Source of the DNA: an uncultured Acidimicrobiia bacterium
GTDB taxonomy: Bacteria; Actinomycetota; Acidimicrobiia; Acidimicrobiales; AC-14
Assembly (NCBI GenBank): GCA_963836205.1
Contig: CAWIIV010000008.1
Location: forward strand, 1 to 64,000
Direction of reading: 5' to 3'
DNA: 64,000 nucleotides
Below the pieces are notes generated by a model. It saw only the letters and a list, made by a program, of their open reading frames with translations, did not search any database and was not told the origin of the DNA. Shown piece after piece: positions 49,745 to 59,526 of this stretch. Numbering within the stretch: the stretch's first letter is position 1; each line of letters opens with the position of its first letter. Made by a program: the position numbers and the translations under genes.

Positions 49745-52083
49745 GTGATCAGAGAGGCCCTGGCCGGGCAGCGCATCGGTATCACCGGCGCCACCGGGTT
49801 CCTGGGCACCGCCCTCGTCGAGCGGCTGCTGCGCTCGGTGCCCGACTGCGAGCTGGTCCTGCTCATCCGGGGCGGGCGCCGCACGAGCCCCGCCACCCGC
49901 GCCAAGCGGGAGCTGTTCGGCAACGACGCCTTCCGCCGCCTGCGGGCCGAATGGGGCAGCCGAGTTTCGACGCCAATGTCGCCCGCCGGGTCCACGTGGT
50001 CGCGGGCGACGTGTCGGTCGACGGCCTCGGCCTCGACGACGACGGCCGGGCCCTGTTCGCCACCTGCACCACCGTCATCCACTCCGCGGCCCGGGTGAGC
50101 TTCGACTCCCCCCTCGACGCGGCCGTCGAGGTCAACCTGGTCGGCCCTCTCCGGGTGCTGGAGGCCGTACGCGAATCCGCCGTCGCCACCGGCCAACCGC
50201 CCGCCCACCTGGTCACCGTCTCCACCGCCTACGTGGCCGGCAGCCGGCGGGGCCTGTCGCCCGAGGCCCCCCTGAGCGAGACCCCGTTCAGCACCGAGGT
50301 CGACTGGCGCAACGAGGTGGCCGCCGCCCGTCGCACTCGGGCCGACGCCGACGCCGAGAGCCGCCGCCCCGAGCTGTTGGCTCATTTCACCAAAGAGGCC
50401 CGGGACGAGCTGGGCGCGGCCGGCCCCCCACTGCTGGCGGCCAAGGCGGAGAAGCGGCGGGAGGCGTGGCTGTCGGACTGGATGGTGGAGGCCGGCCGCC
50501 AGCGGGCCAAGGCCCTGGGGTGGCCCGACGCCTACGCCTACACCAAGGCCCTGGCCGAACGGGCCGTCCACGAGACCAAGGGCGACGTGCCGGTGAGCGT
50601 CGTACGCCCGTCGATCATCGAGTCGGCCCTGGCCGAGCCGTCCCCGGGCTGGATCCGCGGCTTCCGGATGGCGGAGCCGGTGATCATCTCCTACGGCCGG
50701 GGCCTGCTCAAGGAGTTCCCCGGCATCCCCGAGGGGATCATCGACGTCATCCCCGTCGACCTGGTGGTGGCGGCCATCATCGCCACCGCGGCCGCCGGCC
50801 CCGAGCCCGACTCAAACGTGTTCCAGGTGGCCACGGGCAACCGGAACCCCCTGCGCTACAAGATGCTCGTCGACCTGGTGCGGGAGTACTTCCAGGCCAA
50901 TCCCCTCTACGACACCCACGGCCAGCCCATCGTGGTCACGCCGTGGCAGTTCTCCCGCCGGGGACGGGCCCAGAAGCAGCTCGAGCGGGGCATCAAGATG
51001 CTGGCCACGGCCGAGAAGGTGGTCAGCAACCTCCCCATCCGGGGGGAGAAGGCGGAGGTCACCGGCCGCCTCGAGGAGCGCCGCACCCTGGGCGAGCGGG
51101 CGTACGACTACGTCCGCCTCTACGGCGCCTACGCCGAGACCGAGGCCGTGTTCGACGACAGCCGGCTGCGGGCCCTGTGGGCGACGCTCGACGCCGCCGA
51201 CCAGGCCGCCTTCTGCTTCGACACGACGGTCATCGACTGGCAGAAGTACGTCCAGGAGGGCCACATGCCCTCGGTCGTGAAGCAGGCCCGGGTGCGCACC
51301 ACGAGCGGCGGCCGGGAGGGACTGTCCCGGTACGAGCGGGGCAAGCGGTCGGTCCTGTCCCCCGACCGCCACATCGCCGCCTTCGACCTGGAGAACACGC
51401 TCATCGCGTCCAACGTGGTGGAGAGCTACTCGTGGCTGGCCACCCGCCACAAGCCCGACGAGGACCGGCCCGCCTTCGTCATGAAGATGCTGTCCCAGGC
51501 GCCGGGGCTGCTGTCGCTCGACCGCAAGGACCGGGGCGACTTCCTCCGCCACTTCTACCGCCGCTACGAGGACGCCCCCGCCGACAAGCTCCGGGAGGAC
51601 GCCAAGCAGCTGTTCAGCTACCTGCTGCTGACCAAGTCGTTCCCCGAGGGCTTCCGCCGGGTGCGGGAGCACCAGAAGCTCGGCCACCGGACGGTCCTCA
51701 TCACCGGCTCCCTCGACTTCATCGTCGAGCCCCTCCGGCCGCTGTTCGACGAGATCGTGTGCGCCCGGCTGGTGGAGAAGGACGGGTATTTCACCGGCGA
51801 GCTGCTCGACTCTCCGCCCACGGGCGAGGCGAGGGCCCTGCTGATGGCGTCGTATGCCGAGGCCGAGGGGCTGTCGCTGTCGGAGTCGATCGCCTACGCC
51901 GACTCGGCCAGTGACCTTCCCATGCTGGAAGCGGTCGGACACCCCGTGGCCGTCAACGCCGAGCCCAAGCTGGCCGCCATCGCCCGCAAGCGGGGCTGGC
52001 ACGTGGAGCAGTGGACCAAGTCGTCGGGCGGGGCCCAGGGTCTCCTCCCGCTGGCGCCGCGCCTGGTCGGGGGCGCCCAATGA
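49745..52083 (+). CDS. Fatty acyl-CoA reductase (NAD_binding_4) fused to a HAD-IB phosphatase (frameshift near 49955)
   Basis: ITGATGFLG, IHSAARVSFD, VSTAYV, GWPDAYAYTKA, VRPSIIES; HAD motifs AFDLENTL, ITGS, YADSASDLPML. Confidence 0.88.
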
Positions 52084-52093
52084 AGGGGACACA

Positions 52094-53266
52094 GTGAAGG
52101 CCATCCAGGTCGTCGACTCCCTCCCCCGCTACGGGCTGGCCAAGGTGGCGGGCTCTTTGGCGCCCGGGCTGGGGGCGAAGGTGGGCCCGGTGTCATTGGT
52201 CGACGTCGACGAGCCCGGCCTGCCCGCCGCCGGCTGGCACCGGGTGCGCCCCCGGCTTTCGGGCATCTGCGGGTCCGACCTGGCCACGGTCGACGGCAAG
52301 TCGTCTCCGTACTTCCAGCCGTTGGTGTCGTTCCCGTTCGTGTTGGGCCACGAGATCGTGGGCGACCTCGACTCGGCGAGCGGCGGACGGGTGGTCATCG
52401 AGCCGGTCCTGGGCTGCGCCGCCCGGGGGGTCGACCCGCCGTGCCGGGAGTGCGCCGCCGGGCGGACCGACAACTGCGAGCGCACCGCCTTCGGCCACCT
52501 CAAGCCGGGGCTGCAGACGGGGTACTGCCACGACACGGGCGGCGGGTGGTCGACGTCGATGGTCGCCCACCAGAGCCAGATCCACCCGGTCCCCGACCAG
52601 CTCGACGACGACGCCGCGGTGATGGTGGAGCCGGCCGCGTGCGCGGTGCACGGCGTGATGGGCGCCGAAGGAGGCACGGTGCTCGTTTTGGGGGCGGGCA
52701 CCCTCGGGCTGTGCGCCATCGCCGCCCTCCGCCGCTTCACCAACCCGGGCACCCTCATCGCCACCGCCAAGTACCCCGAGCAGCGGAAATGGGCCAAGGA
52801 GCTGGGCGCCGACGTGGTGGTGGAGCCCCGGGAGACGCACCGCCTGGTGCGGAGGGCCACCCGGTCGCTCAGGGTGGGCGCCAGCCTGTCGGGCGGCGTC
52901 GACGTGGTGATCGACTGCGTGGGCAGCGCCAAGTCGATCGAGGAGGACCTGGCCGTGGTCCGGCCGGGGGGCGACGTCATCCTCCTGGGCATGCCCTCGA
53001 CGGTGACGGTCGACCTCACTCCCCTGTGGCACCGCCAGATCCGCGTGCGGGGGTCGTACGCCTACGGCACCGAGTCGTTCGACGGCGAGCCCCGGCGCAC
53101 GTTCGACCTCGCCTTCGACCTGGTGGAGCACGCCCGGCTGGGCCGGCTGGTCTCCGCCCGCTACCCCCTCGACCGCTACCGTGAGGCCATCGACCACGCC
53201 GCCAACGCCGGATCCCGGGGCGCGGTCAAGGTGGTTTTCGACCTACGAGGAGAGAAGCGTCGTTGA
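52094..53266 (+). CDS. Zinc-binding alcohol dehydrogenase (MDR family)
   Basis: GICGSD, GHE, structural Zn cysteines C...CREC...C, GAGTLG. Confidence 0.9.
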   Translation: MKAIQVVDSLPRYGLAKVAGSLAPGLGAKVGPVSLVDVDEPGLPAAGWHRVRPRLSGICGSDLATVDGKSSPYFQPLVSFPFVLGHEIVGDLDSASGGRVVIEPVLGCAARGVDPPCRECAAGRTDNCERTAFGHLKPGLQTGYCHDTGGGWSTSMVAHQSQIHPVPDQLDDDAAVMVEPAACAVHGVMGAEGGTVLVLGAGTLGLCAIAALRRFTNPGTLIATAKYPEQRKWAKELGADVVVEPRETHRLVRRATRSLRVGASLSGGVDVVIDCVGSAKSIEEDLAVVRPGGDVILLGMPSTVTVDLTPLWHRQIRVRGSYAYGTESFDGEPRRTFDLAFDLVEHARLGRLVSARYPLDRYREAIDHAANAGSRGAVKVVFDLRGEKRR

Positions 53267-53291
53267 GCAGTGCCCCCTTGAGAAGACGACG

Positions 53292-54875
53292 ATGAGTCGA
53301 CCTGGTTTCGTTCTGGAGGTCGACCGGTCGACGCCTCCCATCCTGTTCCACCATGGCGAGGGCTTCCGGCTGGAGAAGCTCCCGTCCGGCAGCCGGGTGG
53401 TCTATCCGGCCGAGCCCGTCACCCCCCTCGACGACCCCGAGGGCGCCATCCGCCACGCCCTCGAGCACCCCGTCGGCGACAGCGAACCCCTGCGGGCCCT
53501 CCTCCGCCCGGGGATGAAGCTCACCATCGCCTTCGACAACGAGGCGGTGCCCCTTCCCCCGATGGCCGGTCCCGACAACCGCCAACGGGTGATCGAGGCG
53601 GTCCTTGAGTTGGCGGCCGAGGCAGGGGTCGACGACGTGGTGCTCATCGCCGCCCACGGCCTGCACCGGCGGGCCACCGAGGCCGAGCTCCGGCACATGC
53701 TGGGCGACCGGGTCTACGACGCCTTCGCCCCCCACGGCGCCCTCCAGCAGCACGACGCCGAGGACCACGACAACCTGATCGTGGTCGGCAAGACGGCCGA
53801 GGGTGAGTACGTCGAGGTCAACAAGCGGGCCGCCACCTCCGACCTGCTGGTCTACGTCAACATCAACCTGGTGGCGATGGACGGCGGCCACAAGTCCACC
53901 ATGACCGGCCTCGTCTCCTACCGGAGCCTCAAGCACCACCACAACGTGGTCGGCATGCAGCACAGCCGGTCGTTCATGGACCCGCCCAACTCCGAGCTGC
54001 ACAACGCCACCTGGCGCATGGGCCGGGTGTTGGCCCAGCACTGCAAGGTCTTCCAGATCGAGACCACCCTCAACTCCGACACCTTCCCCAGCCAGTTCGC
54101 CTTCCTGCAGAAGCGGGAGTGGGAGTGGTCGTTGCGGGATCGGGCGACGTACCTGGCCACCGCCAAGAGCCTCGACCGGTGCCCGCCGGCGATGGCCCGC
54201 AAGATCATGCACGGGATCAAGTCGCCCCAGAAGATGACGAGCGTGCAGGCGGGCGAGGTGGAGGCGGTGCACCGGCTCACCCTGGCCGAGGTCCACCGCC
54301 AGCACTGCGTGCCGGTGGAGGGCCAGGCCGACATCGTCACCATGGGGCTGCCCTACATCGGGCCGTACAACGTCAACTCGATCATGAACCCGCTGCTGGT
54401 GATGTGCCTCGGCCTCGGGTACTTCTTCAACCTCTACCGGGGCAAGCCCCTCGTGCGGGAGGGCGGCGTGGTCATCCTCAGCCACCCCACCCGGTGGGAG
54501 TTCCACCCCGTCCACCACCCGAGCTACATCGACTTCTTCGAGCAGGTGCTGGCGGAGACCACCGACCCCCTCGAGATCGAGAAGAAGTTCGAGGACGACT
54601 TCGCCAACGACCCCTGGTACATCCACCTGTACCGCAACTCCTACGCCTACCACGGAGTCCATGCGTTCTACATGTGGTACTGGGGCGCGCACGCGTTGCA
54701 GCACGTGGGAGGGGTCATCATCGTCGGCGGCGACCCCAAGGCGGTGCGGCGGATGGGCTTCAAGCCGGCGTCGACGATGCGCGACGCCCTGGAGATGGCG
54801 GAGGACGTGGTCGGCCGCGACCCGTCGATCACCCACTTCCACGCCCCGCCGATCCTTTTGGCGGACGTCACCTGA
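53292..54875 (+). CDS. LarA/DUF2088 (lactate racemase-like) protein
   Basis: IRHALEHP, LTIAFD, AHGLHR, QHDAED, DGGHKS...HHHN. Confidence 0.82.
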   Translation: MSRPGFVLEVDRSTPPILFHHGEGFRLEKLPSGSRVVYPAEPVTPLDDPEGAIRHALEHPVGDSEPLRALLRPGMKLTIAFDNEAVPLPPMAGPDNRQRVIEAVLELAAEAGVDDVVLIAAHGLHRRATEAELRHMLGDRVYDAFAPHGALQQHDAEDHDNLIVVGKTAEGEYVEVNKRAATSDLLVYVNINLVAMDGGHKSTMTGLVSYRSLKHHHNVVGMQHSRSFMDPPNSELHNATWRMGRVLAQHCKVFQIETTLNSDTFPSQFAFLQKREWEWSLRDRATYLATAKSLDRCPPAMARKIMHGIKSPQKMTSVQAGEVEAVHRLTLAEVHRQHCVPVEGQADIVTMGLPYIGPYNVNSIMNPLLVMCLGLGYFFNLYRGKPLVREGGVVILSHPTRWEFHPVHHPSYIDFFEQVLAETTDPLEIEKKFEDDFANDPWYIHLYRNSYAYHGVHAFYMWYWGAHALQHVGGVIIVGGDPKAVRRMGFKPASTMRDALEMAEDVVGRDPSITHFHAPPILLADVT

Positions 54876-54890
54876 CGTGAGCCAGAAGAA

Positions 54891-55808
54891 GTGAGACTGC
54901 CCCGGCCCAAGTTCCCGCTGGGGCCGCCGACGTGGCCCACGCCGGTGCCCCGGCCCCCGGTGGAGCAGGAGACGGGCGCCGCCTACGACACCGCCTGGGC
55001 CCGCAAGTTCCCGGCCCGGGTGGCACGGGCGATGATCGTCGACGACGTGCTCCGGCCGGTGGCCCACCTCCTGGCCCGGCCCCAGGTCACAGGCCTCGAC
55101 CGGCTCGACGACCTCGACGGGCCCGTGATCTTCGTGGCCAACCACAACAGCCACCTCGACACCACCCTGCTCCTGGCGACCATGCCCGAGAAGTGGCGCC
55201 ACAAGACGGTGGTTGCCGCGGCGGCCGACTACTTCTTCCCCACCAAGTTCAAGGGGGCGCTCTCCGCGCTCACCATCGGGGCCATCCCGATGGAGCGCAC
55301 CCGGGTCGACCGCCGGTCGGCCGACCTGGCCGCCGAGCTGCTGGCCGACGGCTGGAGCGTGCTGATCTTCCCCGAGGGGGGCCGCAGCGCCGACGGGTGG
55401 ACCACCACCTTCCGGGGCGGCGCCGCCTACCTGGCCCTGCGCTGCGACCGGCCGGTGGTGCCGGTGCACCTCGAAGGCACCCGCAAGGTGTGGAAGCGGG
55501 GCGAGAAGCTGCCGACGCCGATAGAGAAGAAGTCGGCGGTGGCGGTGACCTTCGGGGCGCCGATGTGGCCTGAAAAGGGGGCGGATGGGAAGGTGGAAAG
55601 CTCTCGGCGCTTCGCGGGCCGGATCGAGGCCGAGGTGGCCACCCTGGCCGACGAGCAGCGCACCGACTGGTGGCAGGCCCGCAAACGGGCCGCGGCCGAG
55701 GCCACCCCCTCGCTCAAGGGCCCGGAGGCGGGCGCCTGGCGGCGGTCGTGGGCACTCGAGGGGCAGGGCCGGGCGTCGGTCTCCCGAGATTGGCCCGACT
55801 CCCCCTGA
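54891..55808 (+). CDS. Lysophospholipid/glycerolipid acyltransferase (PlsC-like)
   Basis: ANHNSHLD (HxxxxD), FPEGGRS, VVPVHL. Confidence 0.92.
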   Translation: MRLPRPKFPLGPPTWPTPVPRPPVEQETGAAYDTAWARKFPARVARAMIVDDVLRPVAHLLARPQVTGLDRLDDLDGPVIFVANHNSHLDTTLLLATMPEKWRHKTVVAAAADYFFPTKFKGALSALTIGAIPMERTRVDRRSADLAAELLADGWSVLIFPEGGRSADGWTTTFRGGAAYLALRCDRPVVPVHLEGTRKVWKRGEKLPTPIEKKSAVAVTFGAPMWPEKGADGKVESSRRFAGRIEAEVATLADEQRTDWWQARKRAAAEATPSLKGPEAGAWRRSWALEGQGRASVSRDWPDSP

Positions 55809-55830
55809 CCCCGCCACGGTCGGGCCGGTC

Positions 55831-56598
55831 GTGACCGCGGCGCGGCTGGCGTTCGTCGTCAGCGGGGCGCCGGGCACCCCGGAAAGCCTGGCGAACCTCC
55901 GCCGCCGGTATGGCAACGTCGAGCCGGAGGACGCCGAGGTCATCGTCGCCATCGGCGGCGACGGCTTCATGATCGAGTCGCTGCACCGTTACCTGCCCCT
56001 CGACGTCCCGATCTACGGGATGCACGGCGGCACGGTCGGGTTCCTCATGAACACCTACTGCGAGGACGGGCTGCGGGAGCGGGTGCAGGCGGCCGAGCTG
56101 AGCGTGCTCCACCCCCTGCGCATGCTCGCCACCAGCGCCGACGGGACCACGGTGAACGCCCTCGCCATCAACGAGGTGTCCCTGTTGCGCCAGACCCGCC
56201 AGGCGGCCAAGGTCCGCATCACCATCGACAACACGGTGCGGGTCGACGAGCTGATCTGCGACGGGGTCCTGCTGGCCACGCCGGCGGGGAGCAGCGCCTA
56301 CAACTTCTCCGCCCACGGGCCCATCATCCCCATCGGGGCGTCGGTGTTGGCCCTGACGCCGATCAGCGCCTTCCGCCCCCGGCGGTGGCGGGGTGCCCTC
56401 CTCGACTCCAAGGCCCGGGTGCGGTTCGAGACGATCGAGCACTGGAAGCGCCCCCTGAGCGCGGTGGCCGACCACACCGAGGTCCGCAACGTGCTGACGG
56501 TGGACGTGGGGGAGGACCCGAGCGTCGACCTCCGCATCCTCTTCGACGCCGATCACAACCTCGAGGAACGCATCCTCCGGGAGCAATTCACCACGTAA
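55831..56598 (+). CDS. nadK: NAD kinase
   Basis: [41 protein letters not shown]. Confidence 0.93.
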   Translation: MTAARLAFVVSGAPGTPESLANLRRRYGNVEPEDAEVIVAIGGDGFMIESLHRYLPLDVPIYGMHGGTVGFLMNTYCEDGLRERVQAAELSVLHPLRMLATSADGTTVNALAINEVSLLRQTRQAAKVRITIDNTVRVDELICDGVLLATPAGSSAYNFSAHGPIIPIGASVLALTPISAFRPRRWRGALLDSKARVRFETIEHWKRPLSAVADHTEVRNVLTVDVGEDPSVDLRILFDADHNLEERILREQFTT

Positions 56599-56735
56599 GC
56601 GGGCGGGGCCTTCGGGAGCCCGATGACATGGGACTCGCTTGTCTGACGTGAAGCGAGCCGACATGTCGCGGAAGGCGGGGAATGGCCCCGGATGCATGCC
56701 GCCAAGTGATTCGTACGGCCTATTCGCCGAAGCGC

Positions 56736-56763
56736 TCAAGTATTTCGGACCTGCTGCCGACGA
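56736..56763 (+). promoter_or_regulatory. Possible sigma28/WhiG-type promoter
   Basis: TCAA-N16-GCCGACGA about 100 nt upstream of the CAP gene; a second similar motif follows. Confidence 0.35.
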
Positions 56764-56862
56764 AGCAGGCCAACCTGAATCACAACTTTTCGGCAACAAA
56801 GTACCGACGAAGGCGCGTGAGCGTCGGAGCTGGGGTGCTGCCGCCGGAGAAGGAGATCGATC

Positions 56863-57909
56863 GTGTTCTCGCGTCTTTGTCGCGCCGCGGCTGCAGTTCT
56901 GACGACCGCGGTGGTCATGGTCCTGGCCCCGGCCTCACCGGCGTCGGCCGACGTCGCCTCCGACGAGTCCCGTGTCTTGACCTTGATTCAGCAGACCCGA
57001 TCGTCGGCGGGGGCGCCGGCACTGCGCGTCGACGCGTCGCTGACCTCGGTGGCCCGGAACTGGGCGGCCAAGATGGCCAGCGACGGCACCATCTCCCACA
57101 ACGTCGGCATCGGATCGACGATCAAGGCGTCGAAGCTGTCCGAGAACGTCGGCATGGGTGGAAGCGTCGACATCGTGCACCAGGCGTTTCTCAACAGCCC
57201 CGGCCACCGGGCGAACATGGTCGACAAGGGCGTCAACTCGGTCGGCGTGGGCGTGGCCTGGGCCAAGGGGTACGTGTACGTGGTCCAGGACTACGCCATG
57301 CTCTCCGGCTCGTCGACGCCTCCCCCGCCCAACCGGGCGCCGGCGGTGCCGACCCTGCCCACGCCGGCCAACGCCACCGTCGTGCGCAGCGCCCCCACCC
57401 AGGCGTCGGCCCGCTACGCCGACCCCGACGGCCACTCCGGGCGGGTGTTCTTCGCGGTGACCGACGAGACGGGCAAGGTGGTGCGCCAGGCATGGAGCCC
57501 CCTCGTGTGCAACACCTGCCGGGCGTCGGTGACCTTCGCCGCCCTCCCCGACGGCTTCTACGGCCTCGTGACCGCCGCCTACGACGGCAACCTGACCTCG
57601 GCGGTGTCGCCGACGTGGGCGTTCACCGTCGACCGCAACGTGCCCCGCGCGCCGTCGAGCCTCAAGCGGGTGGGCGCCAACGCCACCGCCGTCTACAGCG
57701 ATCCTGACGGCACCGCCGGCTGGGTGCGGGTCTACGTCCTGAACGCTGCCGGCACCATCCTCAGCGAGGGGTGGACGGCCCGGGTGTGCTCCGGTTGCAC
57801 CGTCACCTACCCGCTCCCCGCCCTCGGCGCCGGCACCTACCGCCTGCACGCCATCTCCTACGACGGCCTCCTGTCGACGGCGGTCGGGCCGGTGGAGTTC
57901 CGAGTCTGA
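56863..57909 (+). CDS. Secreted CAP (SCP) domain protein with two C-terminal Ig-like repeats
   Basis: Signal peptide; ISHN, ENVG, FLNSPGHRANM, VGVGV; duplicated Y.DPDG...VC..C...Y..YDG units. Confidence 0.88.
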   Translation: MFSRLCRAAAAVLTTAVVMVLAPASPASADVASDESRVLTLIQQTRSSAGAPALRVDASLTSVARNWAAKMASDGTISHNVGIGSTIKASKLSENVGMGGSVDIVHQAFLNSPGHRANMVDKGVNSVGVGVAWAKGYVYVVQDYAMLSGSSTPPPPNRAPAVPTLPTPANATVVRSAPTQASARYADPDGHSGRVFFAVTDETGKVVRQAWSPLVCNTCRASVTFAALPDGFYGLVTAAYDGNLTSAVSPTWAFTVDRNVPRAPSSLKRVGANATAVYSDPDGTAGWVRVYVLNAAGTILSEGWTARVCSGCTVTYPLPALGAGTYRLHAISYDGLLSTAVGPVEFRV

Positions 57910-57918
57910 GGGGACGGC

Positions 57919-59331
57919 TCACCACCTGACCCAACCGGTGGTCGACGCGTGCATGCCCCGGGCGTCGACCCAAGCGAAGGTCTGCCCCATCCATGCGCCG
58001 TTCTCGATCGGGCTCGACGCGAGGCTGTCGATCCTCGACCCGTCGGCGCGGCACTGGGTGAGGTTGTTCTCGCCCCGTCGCCGATACGGTTCCCGGATGG
58101 TTCGCCGGTCGCGAACCATGTTGTCGGAGATGCACCAGCCGATCTCGTCGAACGCCGGTGTGCGGGTATGCCCGGTGACGAGGTCGACCGCGACCGAGAT
58201 CCCGTCCTCCCGGCCAATCGCGAACTCGAACCGTGACAGCCTCACCAGTGGAGCCCGGTCGAGGACGAGCGCCAAGGCCGGACCCAGGTCGGCTTCCCAG
58301 ACGGTGGTACCGGTTTTGGGATCGAACCGCTCGATCACGGCTGACAGTCCAGTGACGACCACCTCGTCGTCGGGGTCGTCGGGATCGTTCGTGAGGGTCC
58401 CCGTCATTCGGCACCGGATCGGCTCGGAGCGCAGGAGCGCGGTGGCAAGCACGAAGCCGCAACCGAGGGCGGCGCCGTCTTCGACCCAGACCACCGATCC
58501 CGTGGCCGCGTCGACCCCGGCGATGCTGTACTCGGACAGGTCGATGGAACCGGGCACGTACGGCCAGCCCAGTGACCCCACGAGGAGGTCGCCGTGGCGA
58601 TCCCAGTTCCACCCGTAGTCCGAGCTGACCGGCCGTCCCTCGAAGAGCTCGGGCGCGGTCTTCGTCCAGAGAGTGCGGCCGGACGGGTCGATGGCGGCGA
58701 TGATTTCAGGGTCGCGCCCACCGAGGTCGTAGAGCCCGGAGCCGAGAGGTCGTCCGCCGGGTGCGGGCTCAGCCGAGGCGGACCGTGCGGTGACCTTCCC
58801 GTCGGCTTTGGCAATTCGAAGCGCCCGCGCCGGCTCGGGCGCCGTGTCAGTCACGCAGAACGCGGTGCTGTCGTCTTCGCAGTCGTAGAGGCTGCCGGCC
58901 AGGGTCAGTGTCCCGGTCGTGCGCCACACCTCGGCGCCGGACGCAGCATCGACGGCAATGACGAGGACGCTCGGGCCGAGGCGGTCGACGTCGACCGGGG
59001 TCCCGAAGTAGACGAGCCGATCGTCGGACGCCAGATGGAGCGTGACGCCGGAGGTGAGTCCCGAAACCGACGCTGGGATCTCCCACGCGACTGTGCCGGT
59101 GGTGGCATCGACGCCGGCCACGGCCAGCCAGCCGTCCCGCTCCAGGTAGGCGACGAACCGCCCACCGGCGGCGCGGGGTTGGCTGATCCAGTGGACGTCG
59201 GGATTCGTCCAGCTGACCGGAGGTGCGCTGCGGGCTACGCGGCCGGCGCCGTCGTTGGTCGAGGTGCAGGCGGGGCCCAGGGCAAGAGCCGACGCCGCCA
59301 GTACCGAGGCCAGCCGGTACCTGGATGACAT
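57919..59331 (-). CDS. PQQ-like beta-propeller repeat lipoprotein
   Basis: Lipobox-like LGPAC; repeated VDA.TG..VW motifs. Confidence 0.78.
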   Translation of the reverse strand: MSSRYRLASVLAASALALGPACTSTNDGAGRVARSAPPVSWTNPDVHWISQPRAAGGRFVAYLERDGWLAVAGVDATTGTVAWEIPASVSGLTSGVTLHLASDDRLVYFGTPVDVDRLGPSVLVIAVDAASGAEVWRTTGTLTLAGSLYDCEDDSTAFCVTDTAPEPARALRIAKADGKVTARSASAEPAPGGRPLGSGLYDLGGRDPEIIAAIDPSGRTLWTKTAPELFEGRPVSSDYGWNWDRHGDLLVGSLGWPYVPGSIDLSEYSIAGVDAATGSVVWVEDGAALGCGFVLATALLRSEPIRCRMTGTLTNDPDDPDDEVVVTGLSAVIERFDPKTGTTVWEADLGPALALVLDRAPLVRLSRFEFAIGREDGISVAVDLVTGHTRTPAFDEIGWCISDNMVRDRRTIREPYRRRGENNLTQCRADGSRIDSLASSPIENGAWMGQTFAWVDARGMHASTTGWVRW

Positions 59332-59526
59332 GTAACCCCCTTGGTCAACATGACGTAGCGCGAAAGATAGCGCACAGGCGGGCAAACAAGCCGCTCGACC
59401 GCCGCCGTCGGCTACCCTGGGGCCCGACTCACCGGGGCAGCGGCAATGGCGCCTCTCCCGCTTCCCGAAGCTCACTGAGGGGGCGCCCCGGGTTCCTGCA
59501 CACCTCCGTCGAGGAAGGCCACCTGC

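Noticed and set aside
53226-55970. Long antisense/alternate-frame ORFs (e.g. 914 aa at 53226-55970, 865 aa at 36649-39246, 774 aa at 3023-5347)
   Set aside because: Shadow ORFs caused by stop-codon scarcity at high GC; they overlap well-supported genes and lack motifs
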